64,000 nt of DNA from assembly GCA_025594325.1 (NCBI GenBank), contig JANHCV010000016.1, forward strand, positions 496,001-560,000. Reading direction: 5' to 3'. The translations under genes were made by a program, and so were the position numbers. The stretch comes from Blastocladiella emersonii ATCC 22665 (lineage: Eukaryota; Fungi; Blastocladiomycota). Positions 46,502-56,774 of the stretch are shown one piece after another. How positions within the stretch are numbered: the first letter of the stretch is position 1; every line of letters begins with the position of its first letter. Under the pieces are notes generated by a model. That model did not search any database. It saw only the letters and a list, made by a program, of their open reading frames with translations, and was not told the DNA's origin.

Positions 46502-48440
46502 ATGGATGAACGCCGCACCTCCGCCGCGAGCTCCGCGAGCTCCGATCCGAGCCCGAAGCCAACCGCGCGCAAGCGCGACAGTCAAGCTGGGCGTGCGAGT
46601 CGCGCAAAGTCTAGCTCGCTCATTTCTTTACCTCGGCGCGGACCACTGCGGTTTGCCGTTAGCGCGGCAATTCTCATCGCGACATGTGTCGTTGTGAGCG
46701 TCGTCGCTTTCATCACGGGAATCGTCTCCGTCAAGGAAAACCTCAGTAAGTGGGGATTCCCGCTGGCCGATAATGCGCGCGCTGTTTACAATGGTTTGAC
46801 GTGGGGGCTCGGCGGCCTCCTCTTCCGTTCGCACTATTCCATCGTTTACGGTGCTGTTTTCGAGTCGCGCGTCGTTCTGCTCGCGTACCGCTTCTATTTT
46901 CTCGGGCTAGCAACCGTCACGGCTGTACGCGTCGCTGTTGTTCAGCTCGGTGGGTCCGCGGAAGCCCACAGCGCTGCGGTCAAATTGTGCGACCACTTCT
47001 CGTACCTGTACTTGATGGTTGTCCTGCCTCTCGTGTTCTACACTCAAGTCAAGCATCTGGGTGCAGCATCGCCATCCCCGATCCCAAAGCAGAACCCGCT
47101 CTCGCTGTTCTGGGTCACCATGTTGGCCGCCGTCGCGTACTGGACCTCGTACCTCACGACCTCTACTACCGGAGCCGTCGTGGTCATGGCCGGGTCCTTC
47201 ACCATCGCTATGCTCGCTTGTGTGATCGCGTACCGCGCCATGGGCCGGCTCGACCTTTATTCTCGAAACTTTGGCTACTCGGCCCTGCTGTACATTGGTT
47301 ACCATCTTACGCGCGGGATTCCGAAGCTCATGTATACGGTCCTCGCCACCAAACCAGGCGCGGCGGCCGCGACGTGGGTGATCTTCGGGTTCCGCATGCT
47401 TTACGCGACCTTTGTCCTCTTCATCGACGAGTTTATGCTCGCCACGTTCGGCAATCCTATCCTGTGGGGAACTTTCTACACTCGCGTACGTAGCCGTGTC
47501 TGTGGGCCACGTCCGACCACAACAAACTGACGTCCGGGTCGTTGCCGTGTAGATTGGCGAGGCCCTGGTCACGATCTGCGCGGTCATGAACTACACCAAC
47601 AACACGACCGACGTGCTCATCTACATGCTCGGCAACGTGATCATGACGTCGCTCAAGGACTCGGGCGTCGCCGAAGATCTGCGTTTCCTTCGAACCCACG
47701 GGTACTGCGTCCTGTCGCCGCCAACGACTATTGGCAGCGACGTCGACTCGGGGCCACGCGGCATCATGTCGACGACGGGTGCCGTCGCGGCAGAGTCTAT
47801 GGTCCGATCGAGCATGGGCGCGGGCGCGACGAGCCTGCGGCGGACAAGCGACATTGACAGGGTCGCGTCAACGCCGCACTTGGCTGCGCAACCCGCCATC
47901 ACGAGCAAGGCCGACAAGATCCAGCTCATGGCCTTCGACTTACGACTGCAGATTGCCCGCTCCGAGATGATGCTCATGGCGCGCGTCGGGGCAATCATCA
48001 TCTACCTGGTCTGCCTCGGCGTCGCGTGCGCGACCGGCCTCACCAACTCGACCAAGGTCCAGTTCCCGGCATCGACGATGATCGCGGTCGAGCTGCTCGT
48101 CGGCACGGTCATCGAGATTGTCGTGTCGCGCGTCGTGGCCACGTTCATCTTTCGGTGGAAGGTCGCACGGCTGCGCGGCCTGGCTGCCAAGGAGCAGGGG
48201 CTGACCAGCACGACAAGTGCAGCGGCCGCGTCCGTTAACGGGTCCGCGTCCGCCAGCCCGAACGGAAGCGGCAGCGTGGCCATCAACGCGGCGCACAAAA
48301 GACCGCCTTCGCCGCGCGGGATCCGGCTCGGCCTCGCGCTGTGGTCGACGGCGCTCCCGTCCAACACAGACTTCTTCTACCTGGTGCTCATGTCGTGCGC
48401 CTTCGCCTGCTCAATACAAATGGGGCCATGGACTACCTGA
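46502..48440 (+). CDS. Polytopic membrane protein of unknown function, 2 exons
   Basis: ORFs 46502-47530 and 47586-48440 join via gtacgt..ctgac..gtgtag (FYTR/IGEALVT); roughly a dozen hydrophobic segments. Confidence 0.7.
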
Positions 48441-49738
48441 ACATGCAGTTGATCGGACGCGGCGGAGCGGAGCTCGCGAAGCGCGTGGCAGCCCACACGA
48501 TTCATGGTCCCCCGAGTTCCGGTGGCTCTCGGGCTTTGAGCTTGTGCACTTTCCGAAGTGCGATGGGGGAAACAGGTCAGTCCATCAAGCCGCAGTGCAA
48601 CGTGGCCGCCGTTGACGTGGCGACTCGGCGCGTCGCTTGGCGCGGACCGGCGTACATAAGGGCAGGCTCCCCCGACCGCCGTCCAGACCGCCTCCGTCGC
48701 TCGGCTTTCACTTTTGATGCAGCTGATTTTGGGTTACAACTCGGGGTCGCGCGAGGTCACGGATGAGGTCGACGCGGCCAGCGGCCAGAGCCCTCCCGCG
48801 CCGCCCGCCCGGCCACCGTCATGCGCCTCGTGCTCAACTAAACTCAGTGCTGGGCCGAGTTGACAGCGACGACCTTCTGCCCGCTCGCTCGGCGACGGGT
48901 GAGGTCGACGGAGTTCGTGGTGGAGGTGTGGGCAAAGTCGCGTCGCGCCTCACACGAGGCGGTGATGTCATCGGGGCCAAGCCACGAACAGATGCCACGA
49001 CACAACTCCGCGAACGCAGATGCCACGCTTCAACTCCGTTCACGCCCACCCGCACACAGCAACGTTTTGCGCTTCATGCAAAGTCGCCATCGCGTGCATC
49101 GTCGTGGCCCATGTGGGGAGCCTGTGGGCAGCCTGAATTCGCAGCGGATGCGCGGCGACGTCGTCACCAGGTCGGCTCGATGGAGTTTAGGCGCAGCATC
49201 CCTGGCGACGACGAGGGAGAGCGCTGCATGGCCGTCGTCGCCGTGCCCGCAGAGCTGCGGCCATCGTACGCCGCCAGGGAGCCATGATCAGGCTCAGATC
49301 GTTCGCGACGATGGCCGCCGTGGTCCTCGTCGTCAGGAAGCGTGAGGATGAGGGTCTAGCGCCCGACTTGAAGGTCGGTTGAGTTGAGCGATCGGCGGGC
49401 GGGCGGCAAGTTGAGACGGCCGCCTTCGCCACACCCGGGCCTGCACCCGGGCCGCCGCCCCAGCCTCCCTCCCCTCTCGCTCTCGCCCCCCCCCCCCCCT
49501 CCCGCTCTCTCGCCCTCAGTTAAATAGGTGCCCTCCCCTCCTCCATCATTCTTAGATCGTCACCAGCACCGGCCGGCCTCCAACCCCTTCACCTCGCTCG
49601 CCCGTCGCCGTCGCCGCTGCTCCTCTGGGCCTCCTCCCCTCTTCCCCGAGGCGCCCGCTCTCTCCATCTCTCCCTGCAACGTTGCGAACGCTTCGTACTC
49701 GTCGCTGCTCTCTCCCCGGACCCGCCGCCGCCATCACC

Positions 49739-52700
49739 ATGGTCGGTTCTCGATTTGGCCTGCGCGCCGCCCTGGTCGCCGCCGTCGCTGGCTATGCCGC
49801 GGCGACCCCCTTCCTCCACACGGTCAACCAGCAGTACCCGAACGGCACCATGTGGTACGTCGCCTCGCCGGCTCTTCGACCTGCTGAAGGTGGCAACGAT
49901 CGCTCACGCGCCCGCCGATCCCTGTCCGTAGCGAGCTGCCGAGCTTCCTCGACCAGTCGTGCCCGCAGCTCTGCGCGTCCGACGTGGCCAAGTGCCCCGA
50001 CGCCTACCGGCCCAAGTGCCCCGCCGGCACCACCTACTGCGTCGACGGCACCTGCCAGGCCTCGTGCCCCGCCGACGCCGTGTCGCCGTGCGCGTGCCCG
50101 TCGTCCTTCGACTCGTCCTTCGACACGTACAAGTCGTGGTACCCGTGCATGGCCGACGCCGGCAAGCCCGAGACGGGCCTCCTCGTCGTCAACCTGACCA
50201 AGGTGCAGCCCACCAACCGCGCCGACCGCCTGCTCGAGGTGTGCAACGCCCAGATCCTGCGCAGCGCAGCCGACAAGGACGCGACCGCCTTCCTCGCCTG
50301 CCCCGTCCGCGTCGTCCCCGCCTACACGCTCGACCTGCCCATCTGGAAGTCGTTCTGGGGCATGCTCGGCATCCAGGCCACCGTCATCGCCTTCTTCCTC
50401 GCCCTCAAGACCGTCTCCGAGCGCTCGATCCGCAAGGCCGCCGACGCCTTCGCCGCCGGCTCGGGCTCCGACTCGGACGAGCCGCTCGCCGCCGCGACCG
50501 CCGCCCCCGGCGAGAAGCAGCTGCTCGAGCACTTCCGCCATGACTCGTTCTTCGATGTCCACGCCCTGCCCGCCTCGACCAAGATCGCCGAGAAGGCCGC
50601 CTCCGTGACCCCCGCCAAGAAGCTGTCGCCCAGCGACCCGGGCTACATCCGCTTCGCCTACTACGTCAACCACCCGCTCGGCACTCTCGGTTTCTACCTC
50701 TCGGTCGCCTGGATCCTGTACCTGCAGGTCTTCCTCGCCCTCACCGTCTACGACTACTACGGCTCGCTCTCGGCCACGCCCACGGTCCTCTTCTACCTCA
50801 CCGACTACCAGATCCCCTTCGGCTTCGTGTTCGCGTGGCACTTCATGGTCATCACCCTCGTCGTCTGGCGCATCGGCGGCGTCGTCACGGTCCGCAACTG
50901 GTTCCGCATCCGCGTCCGCGACGTGCACCAAGCCCAGTTCGTCGTCGTCACCCGCCGCATCGACGCGATCCGCGCCACGGACCACGCCGAGAAGGGCTTC
51001 ATCAAGGGCATGCTCGCCCTCGTCGCCGCTGTCGAGCGCCTCGCCGACCAGTACCTCAAGTTCTCACTCAAGGTCACGGCCCACCAGGTCCACATCTCGC
51101 AGCACGTCCGCGTCCCCTACTTTTACGACGAGTGCATCCGCTACGTCTACAACCCGCTCGTGCGCGACTTCACCCCGTACCCGTACTCGCTCGGCGACGG
51201 CCTCAGCGAGCTCGCGGCCCTCGGCAACGCCACAGCCGACAAGGGCGGCCTCCCGACCGAGACGGTCGACCAGCGCCAGGACCTGATCGGCCTCAACGAG
51301 ATCGACATCCCCGCCCGCAGCTTCGTCGACCTGTGGACGTCCGAGGTCGGCGGCTGGTTCTACCTGTACCAGGGCAGCTGCCTGTGGGTCTGGTACTACT
51401 TCTCGTACTGGCAGATGGGTCTCGTCCTCACGGTCGTGATCCTGATCGCCTCGCTCATCAAGACCCGCGTCAGCTTCAAGTCGCACCGCCGCATCCGCAT
51501 GCTCGCCTCCATGACCACCAACGTGACGGTGCTGCGTAACGGCGCGTGGACCGTCGTCGACAGCCGCGCCCTCGCGCCCGGCGACGTGGTCCAGGTCTCG
51601 GCCGGCGTCCTGTCGGTCGACGTGCTGCTGTGCCGCGGCCAGGCCCTGCTCGACGAGAGCTCGCTCACGGGCGAGTCGCGCCCGATCCGCAAGTTCCCCG
51701 CCCCGACGAACGACGAGTCGTCGCTCAGCTTCACGCACCACAAGCGCCACATCCTGCTCGCCGGCACGGGCATCCTGCAGGCCGACGAGGGCGCCTACGG
51801 CCTGGTGCTCAAGACCAACGTCAACACGTCGCGCGGCCAGCTCATCCAGAAGATGCTGCACCCGACGCCCATCACTTTCGTCTTCGACGAGCAGCTCAAG
51901 GTCGTGCTCGTGATGATGCTGACGTGGGGCGTGCTGTGCTTCTCCATGGTCCTGTACGAGATGGGCAACGGCACCATCGCGTCGTGGTTCTACGCGCTGT
52001 TCATCATCTCCGAGATCATCTCGCCGCTGCTGCCCGCGGTGCTCGTCGCCGGCCAGTCGGTCGCCGCCGACCGCCTCGTGTCCAAGCACCAGGTGTACTG
52101 CATTGACCTGCCGCGCATCACCATGGCCGGCAAGACGCAGCTCTTCTGCTTCGACAAGACGGGCACGCTGACCAAGGAGGGGCTCGACATGTGGGGCTTC
52201 CTCCCCGCCTCGGCCTCGCTGCCGAACGGCGGCGGTGACGGCGACGCGTCGTCGGGCAAGCTGATCGAGCTCCAGTCCGACTACGCCCGCCTCGGCGCCC
52301 AGGACCGCCTCGGCCTCGCCACGGCGCACTCGCTCACGGCGCACGAGCGCCAGCTGCTCGGCAACCCGGTCGACGTGTCCATGTTCGAGTTCACGGGCTG
52401 CGCCCTGCAGGGCGACGATGTGACGGCCGCCACGGGCGAGTCGCTCGCGCGCATCGTCAAGCGCTACGAGTTCATCCACGCCAAGCAGACCATGGCCTCG
52501 CTCGTCGAGTCGACCGTCGACAAGAAGCTGCACATCTTCGTCAAGGGCTCGTACGAGAAGATCCGCGCCATGTGCGTGCCCGGCTCGATCCCCGCGTGGT
52601 ACGACGAGATGGCGCGCGGCTACGCCAAGCGCGGCGGCTACGTGCTCGCGCTCGCGTCCAAGCCGTGCTCGCTGTCCATCGACGCCGCCATCCACCAGGA

Positions 52701-54222
52701 CCGCGACGACGTCGAGCGCGACGTGTCGCTCATGGGCCTCGTCGTCTTCCGCAACACGCTCAAGCCCGACACCAAGGACGCCATCGACGAGCTGCACCGC
52801 GGCCTGTGCCGCACCGTCATGATCTCGGGCGACAACGTGTTCACGTGCGTGTACATTGCCCGCGAGTGCGGCCTCACGCCCATCGTCAACGAGCAGTACG
52901 CGCGCTGCATCTATGCCGACATTGCCGGTGCCGGCGAGGACTCGGTCACGTCCAGCCGCCGCAACAGCAACACGTCGTCGTCGGCCTCGTCGTCGGTCCC
53001 CGCCCCCGGCTCGCTCGTCTGGCGCGACGTCGACACCGAGGAGATCATCTCGCCCGCCGAGCTCGACGCCCTGTGGCAGCAGCGCAACGTCAAGGCGCTC
53101 GACCTCGCCGCCTCGGGTCCCGCGTGGGCCAAGCTCGTCGACTCGGGCGACGCCGACAAGTACCTCCTGTCGTTCCGCGTGTGGGGCCGCATGTCGCCCG
53201 AGCAGAAGATCGACGTGGTCAAGCGCCACATGGCCGACGGGCTCATCGTCGCCATGTGCGGTGACGGCGGTAACGACTGCGGTGCTCTCAACGCGGCGCA
53301 CGTCGGTGTCGCGCTGTCCGAGGCCGAGGCCTCGATCGTCGCGCCCTTCTCGTCCAAGACCAAGTCGGTCCGCTCGTGTGTCGACCTCATTGCCGAGGGC
53401 CGCGCCGCGCTCGCGTCGTCGTTCGCCGGGTTCAAGTTCCTCATCATGTACGGCATGACCATGTCCAGTTTCTGCCTGGTCCAGTACTACTTCTCGGTCG
53501 TGCTGCCGCAGTGGGTGTGGATCTACATCGACGGCATCATCGTCGTGTCGACCATCTACGCGCTCACGCAGGCCAAGGCGCTCAAGCACCTCGAGCCCCG
53601 CCGCCCGACCGCGCAGCTGCTCGGGCCGCAGACCATCCTCTCGATCCTGTCGCAGGCCGCCGTCAACTGGACCTACCTGTTCCTCGGCATCTACTGGCTG
53701 TTCCAGCAGGACTGGTTCCGCTGCAACGAATTCGACGCGTCCGCGGTCGTCGACCTCGGCAAGTGGTGGCTCCTGGGCGACAACTACGAGTCGACCATGA
53801 TCTCGGCCATCGTCGTGTGCCAGTTCATCAACAACGGCGCCGTCTTCAACTTTGGCCACTACTTCCGCCGCTCGTGGTTCTCGAACCGCGTGTACGCGCT
53901 CCTGTACGTGGTGCTGCTCACGGTCATCTCGACGCTCATCCTCTCGGACCCGTCGGCCTTCACATGCCTGTTCCGCATTAACTGCGGCAGCCCATCGTCA
54001 CTCGTCGAGCTCGGCTACCCCAAGCCGACGTGGTCCATGGACCCGTACAACTCGCTGCTCGGCCACAACGTCCTGCCCGTGCCGTTCCGCTGGAAGCTCT
54101 TCACCTACGTCATGTCCAACGTCGTGCTCGGCCTCTGCATCGAGCGCCTCGTCATCCTCGGCCCCGTCCGCGAGTACATTCGCACCAAGTACCCGCTCTC
54201 GCGCAAGTACATTCCCCTGTAA
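49739..54222 (+). CDS. P5-type (ATP13A/P5B-like) P-type ATPase with N-terminal signal peptide and Cys-rich ectodomain, 2 exons
   Basis: Intron 49856-49930. LAPGDVV, LDESSLTGES, SPLLP, FDKTGTLT, RTVMISGDN, WGRMSPEQK, MCGDGGNDCGAL, EASIVAPFSS, EGRAALASS. Confidence 0.92.
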
Positions 54223-54877
54223 TTCACTCGTCCCTCACCTAGTCTGCACCCCTATTGCACTATTCCAATCATAGATCTCGATTTTTTGACTACTCCACCA
54301 TCTCGCCTTTCATCATCTTGAGCTGTTCGTTCGCTGGAAGAGTGAGTGCGGTGCGGTGCGGAAGAGAAACCGACTGAGGAAGAAAGAAGCATGGAGGCGC
54401 GACTGGTAACGGAGGCGGGGCGAGCGGCAGGTGCGCTTAGAGGGGGTCAAAAGGGGGTAGGCGGTGAAGAGCGAATCCACACGAGGCCGGAGGAGCGCAG
54501 GCTGGTGGTTGCCAGCGAGGAGTCCTAGCTGCAAGAGCGTGAGCGCGTAATACGGCTCTAGTTTGCCGCACCTCAAACGCTGCACAACCCAAGTGTGGCG
54601 GCTCCAAGGTGACTCTGACCAAGGACCAAACTCGAACGCTGCTGCAGCCGTATTACACACGTGCTTCTTGCCAATTGCCTGACGCTAGGTTGTAGATCTT
54701 TCAAAGATCTATCAAAGAGTATAACAAAGGTTGGGGGTGACTTGAGTCACATAAGGGAGCAATGGGCAGCAAATGTGTCTCACGCTTGAGTCGACCGCAC
54801 AAGGGCGAAACGATCAGATTGGACGTGGACACCTTCAGAAACCTTTGAGTAGACTATTCCATCTGCCGAATGCCGCT

Positions 54878-55077
54878 GAGAACGCGCGCATAAGTCAAAG
54901 GGTGATTCCAAATGGGCGTTGTCAACCTCATCGAGTTGTGTCCAAACCGACCCCACGAGGCCAAGAAGACCAGATTGAGCATGCTCACTTTGACCAACTA
55001 TGTTCGTTCAGCTATCAGCTGCAGATTGCTGTCGAGAACACGCGCCTAGGTCAAAGGGTGATTCCAAACGGGCGTTG
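54878..55077 (+). repeat. 44-bp internal direct repeat pair in each array unit
   Basis: 54878-54921 and 55034-55077 (GAGAAC.CGCGC.TA.GTCAAAGGGTGATTCCAAA.GGGCGTTG), 4 mismatches, 156-bp spacing. Confidence 0.9.
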
Positions 55078-56748
55078 ACGCGCAAAGTCCCTCGCCGCAA
55101 CCCTCTTGCTGCGGCGAGGTCGCGCGCAACTCCACCTTGCCTGCCAACACGTCAAAGCTCAATCACCACCGTTGATCCGTCCAGCAGGCGGCGTTATGGA
55201 GTCTGTAGCAAAGAGTAACGTGCACGCAAGCAGCACCTTTGAGCAGCGCTGTAGAGGGGAAGTAAGCAAACTTTGAGCGCTCAATGCTGCCCACGAGATG
55301 GAGCGCGATCTTTCCCAGCTGTGTCTCATTGCACGCAAGGTGAGCAGCAGTGGCTCGTCAAGCAGGCAAGGAACAGGACAGAGTAGGGAAGGCGTGAGGG
55401 AGCCGATCTGAAGCTAAGCGTGTTCCGGAGCACCCTGCTGAGTCGAACGCGTGCTCAGCACGGCGCGCGTGCAGGCAGGCAGCCGCAGTAGCAAGTAGCG
55501 ACAGGCGGGGGCTGCTGCTTCCACATGCAAGCGTGAGACCTGCGCGCGCGCGTGTGATAACAGCAAGGAAACCAAAGTAGCAAGGGTGGCGGCGATGGTG
55601 CGCCGCGGCAGCAGGTGCGTTCCGCGTCGGAGAGCGAGCCGCCGCTGCCCCACCGCCCAGAACAGGCGCGGCCGCTCTGGGATTCGGGATGGGATCGAGA
55701 GCAGAGCGGAGGGAGCGCGACGCGAGGTCAACAACGACGACAAGCCGGACGAACACCATCAAGTCACCCAACCCACCGTGTTGCTTGCTCGTGGGCCGGG
55801 TCGGCCTACGCCCGCCGCCGCACCGACCACTCGCCCGTCCAGTTTGAGCACCATCTCGAGTTTGGCGGCAGGTCCGAGTACCTTGCTCGCTGCGCAGCGA
55901 GATCCCACAGCGAGGCAGCGAGCGAAGGCGGCTCTCACGGAGGCCAGGAGCAGCGGCGCGAGCAGCGCAGGTGGGGCGGGTGGGACCTGCGCGGGCGCGC
56001 GGAAACCAGACGACAAGCACACGCGCGCGAGCGAGCGAGCGAGCGAGCGAGAAGGGAGGCGAGTCCATTCGAGACACGACGAGAGAGCGCCGCGCCGCGC
56101 CGGTCAAAGGTTGAGGGTGGGGGTGGGTGCTGGCGGCGGGGGCCGCCAGCACACGATTTTTCGATCATACCCTTCACTTGAGGGCAGCAGTAGCAGCGTA
56201 GGGGCGCAATGCAGCAAGACGGATCACCCAAAACCCTCAAACGCAGCTGCCGCCGCTGGATCAAGTCTAGACGGGAGGAGTCGAGTTGCCTCCGTGGCGA
56301 GAAGGGCGGCGGTCCGAGTCTGCGTTCCAGACGCCAGGATCGCATCCATTCGAGGCACAGATGCATGTTGCAGCGGGTCATATATTCCATGAGATGTCAT
56401 TGCGGGTTTGGTGAAGTCTCGACTTTGGGGATGAGTGAGCGGTCGCGATCGCCGCGCGAGCAAGCGAAAACAGCTCGGGCATCAGGTGACAATTGCCTGA
56501 CCGCTGCGAGACGCGTTTCGAGACGCGCTTTTGGCGCTCTGCCTCGGGAGACGGGCAGACGACGCACAACTGCCTCCCAACACCACACGCTTGATTGAGC
56601 CCATGCCGCGTTGCGCGGTGGGTGCATCACGTTCACATCGCAGAGTACGCACACGCGCGGGGGCCCAGAAGGCACTTGGGCAAAGTTGTTTTATGTATCG
56701 TCGGGGAGTAGTGAGCCAAAGCAGTCAGGTCTCTCTAGTTCCGGGCTG

Positions 56749-56774
56749 GCGAGCAGGGTTCGAGTCCCTGTCGC
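56749..56774 (+). promoter_or_regulatory. Perfect Pol III B-box (GGTTCGAGTCC) in a T-arm-like hairpin, once per array unit
   Basis: GCGA(G)CAGGG-TTCGAGT-CCCTG-TCGC; B-box 56757-56767; repeated at +2740 and +5480. Confidence 0.5.

Noticed and set aside
48763-49345. Coding region between the membrane protein and the P5 ATPase
   Set aside because: Fragmented ORFs with no codon bias or family signal; may be decayed sequence.
138-54274. Hundreds of long overlapping ORFs (e.g. 51064-53859 -, 27610-29898 +, 34925-36772 +)
   Set aside because: Antisense or off-frame shadows of real genes caused by high GC3; Arg/Gly/Ala-rich with no motifs.
54878-55077. CRISPR-like repeat-spacer structure
   Set aside because: Only two 44-bp repeats per unit with a 112-bp spacer that is identical in every unit; eukaryotic context and no cas genes.
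55405-55420. 5S rRNA suggested by GATCTGAAGCTAAGC (similar hit near 12115)
   Set aside because: Only the box A fragment matches; no downstream TAGTAC/GGG..ACC or terminal helix.
56260-56272. U2 snRNA (GATCAAGT.TAG) or telomerase RNA in the array
   Set aside because: The U2 5' stem and GTAGTA branch-pairing sequence are absent; no CCCTAA-type template seen.
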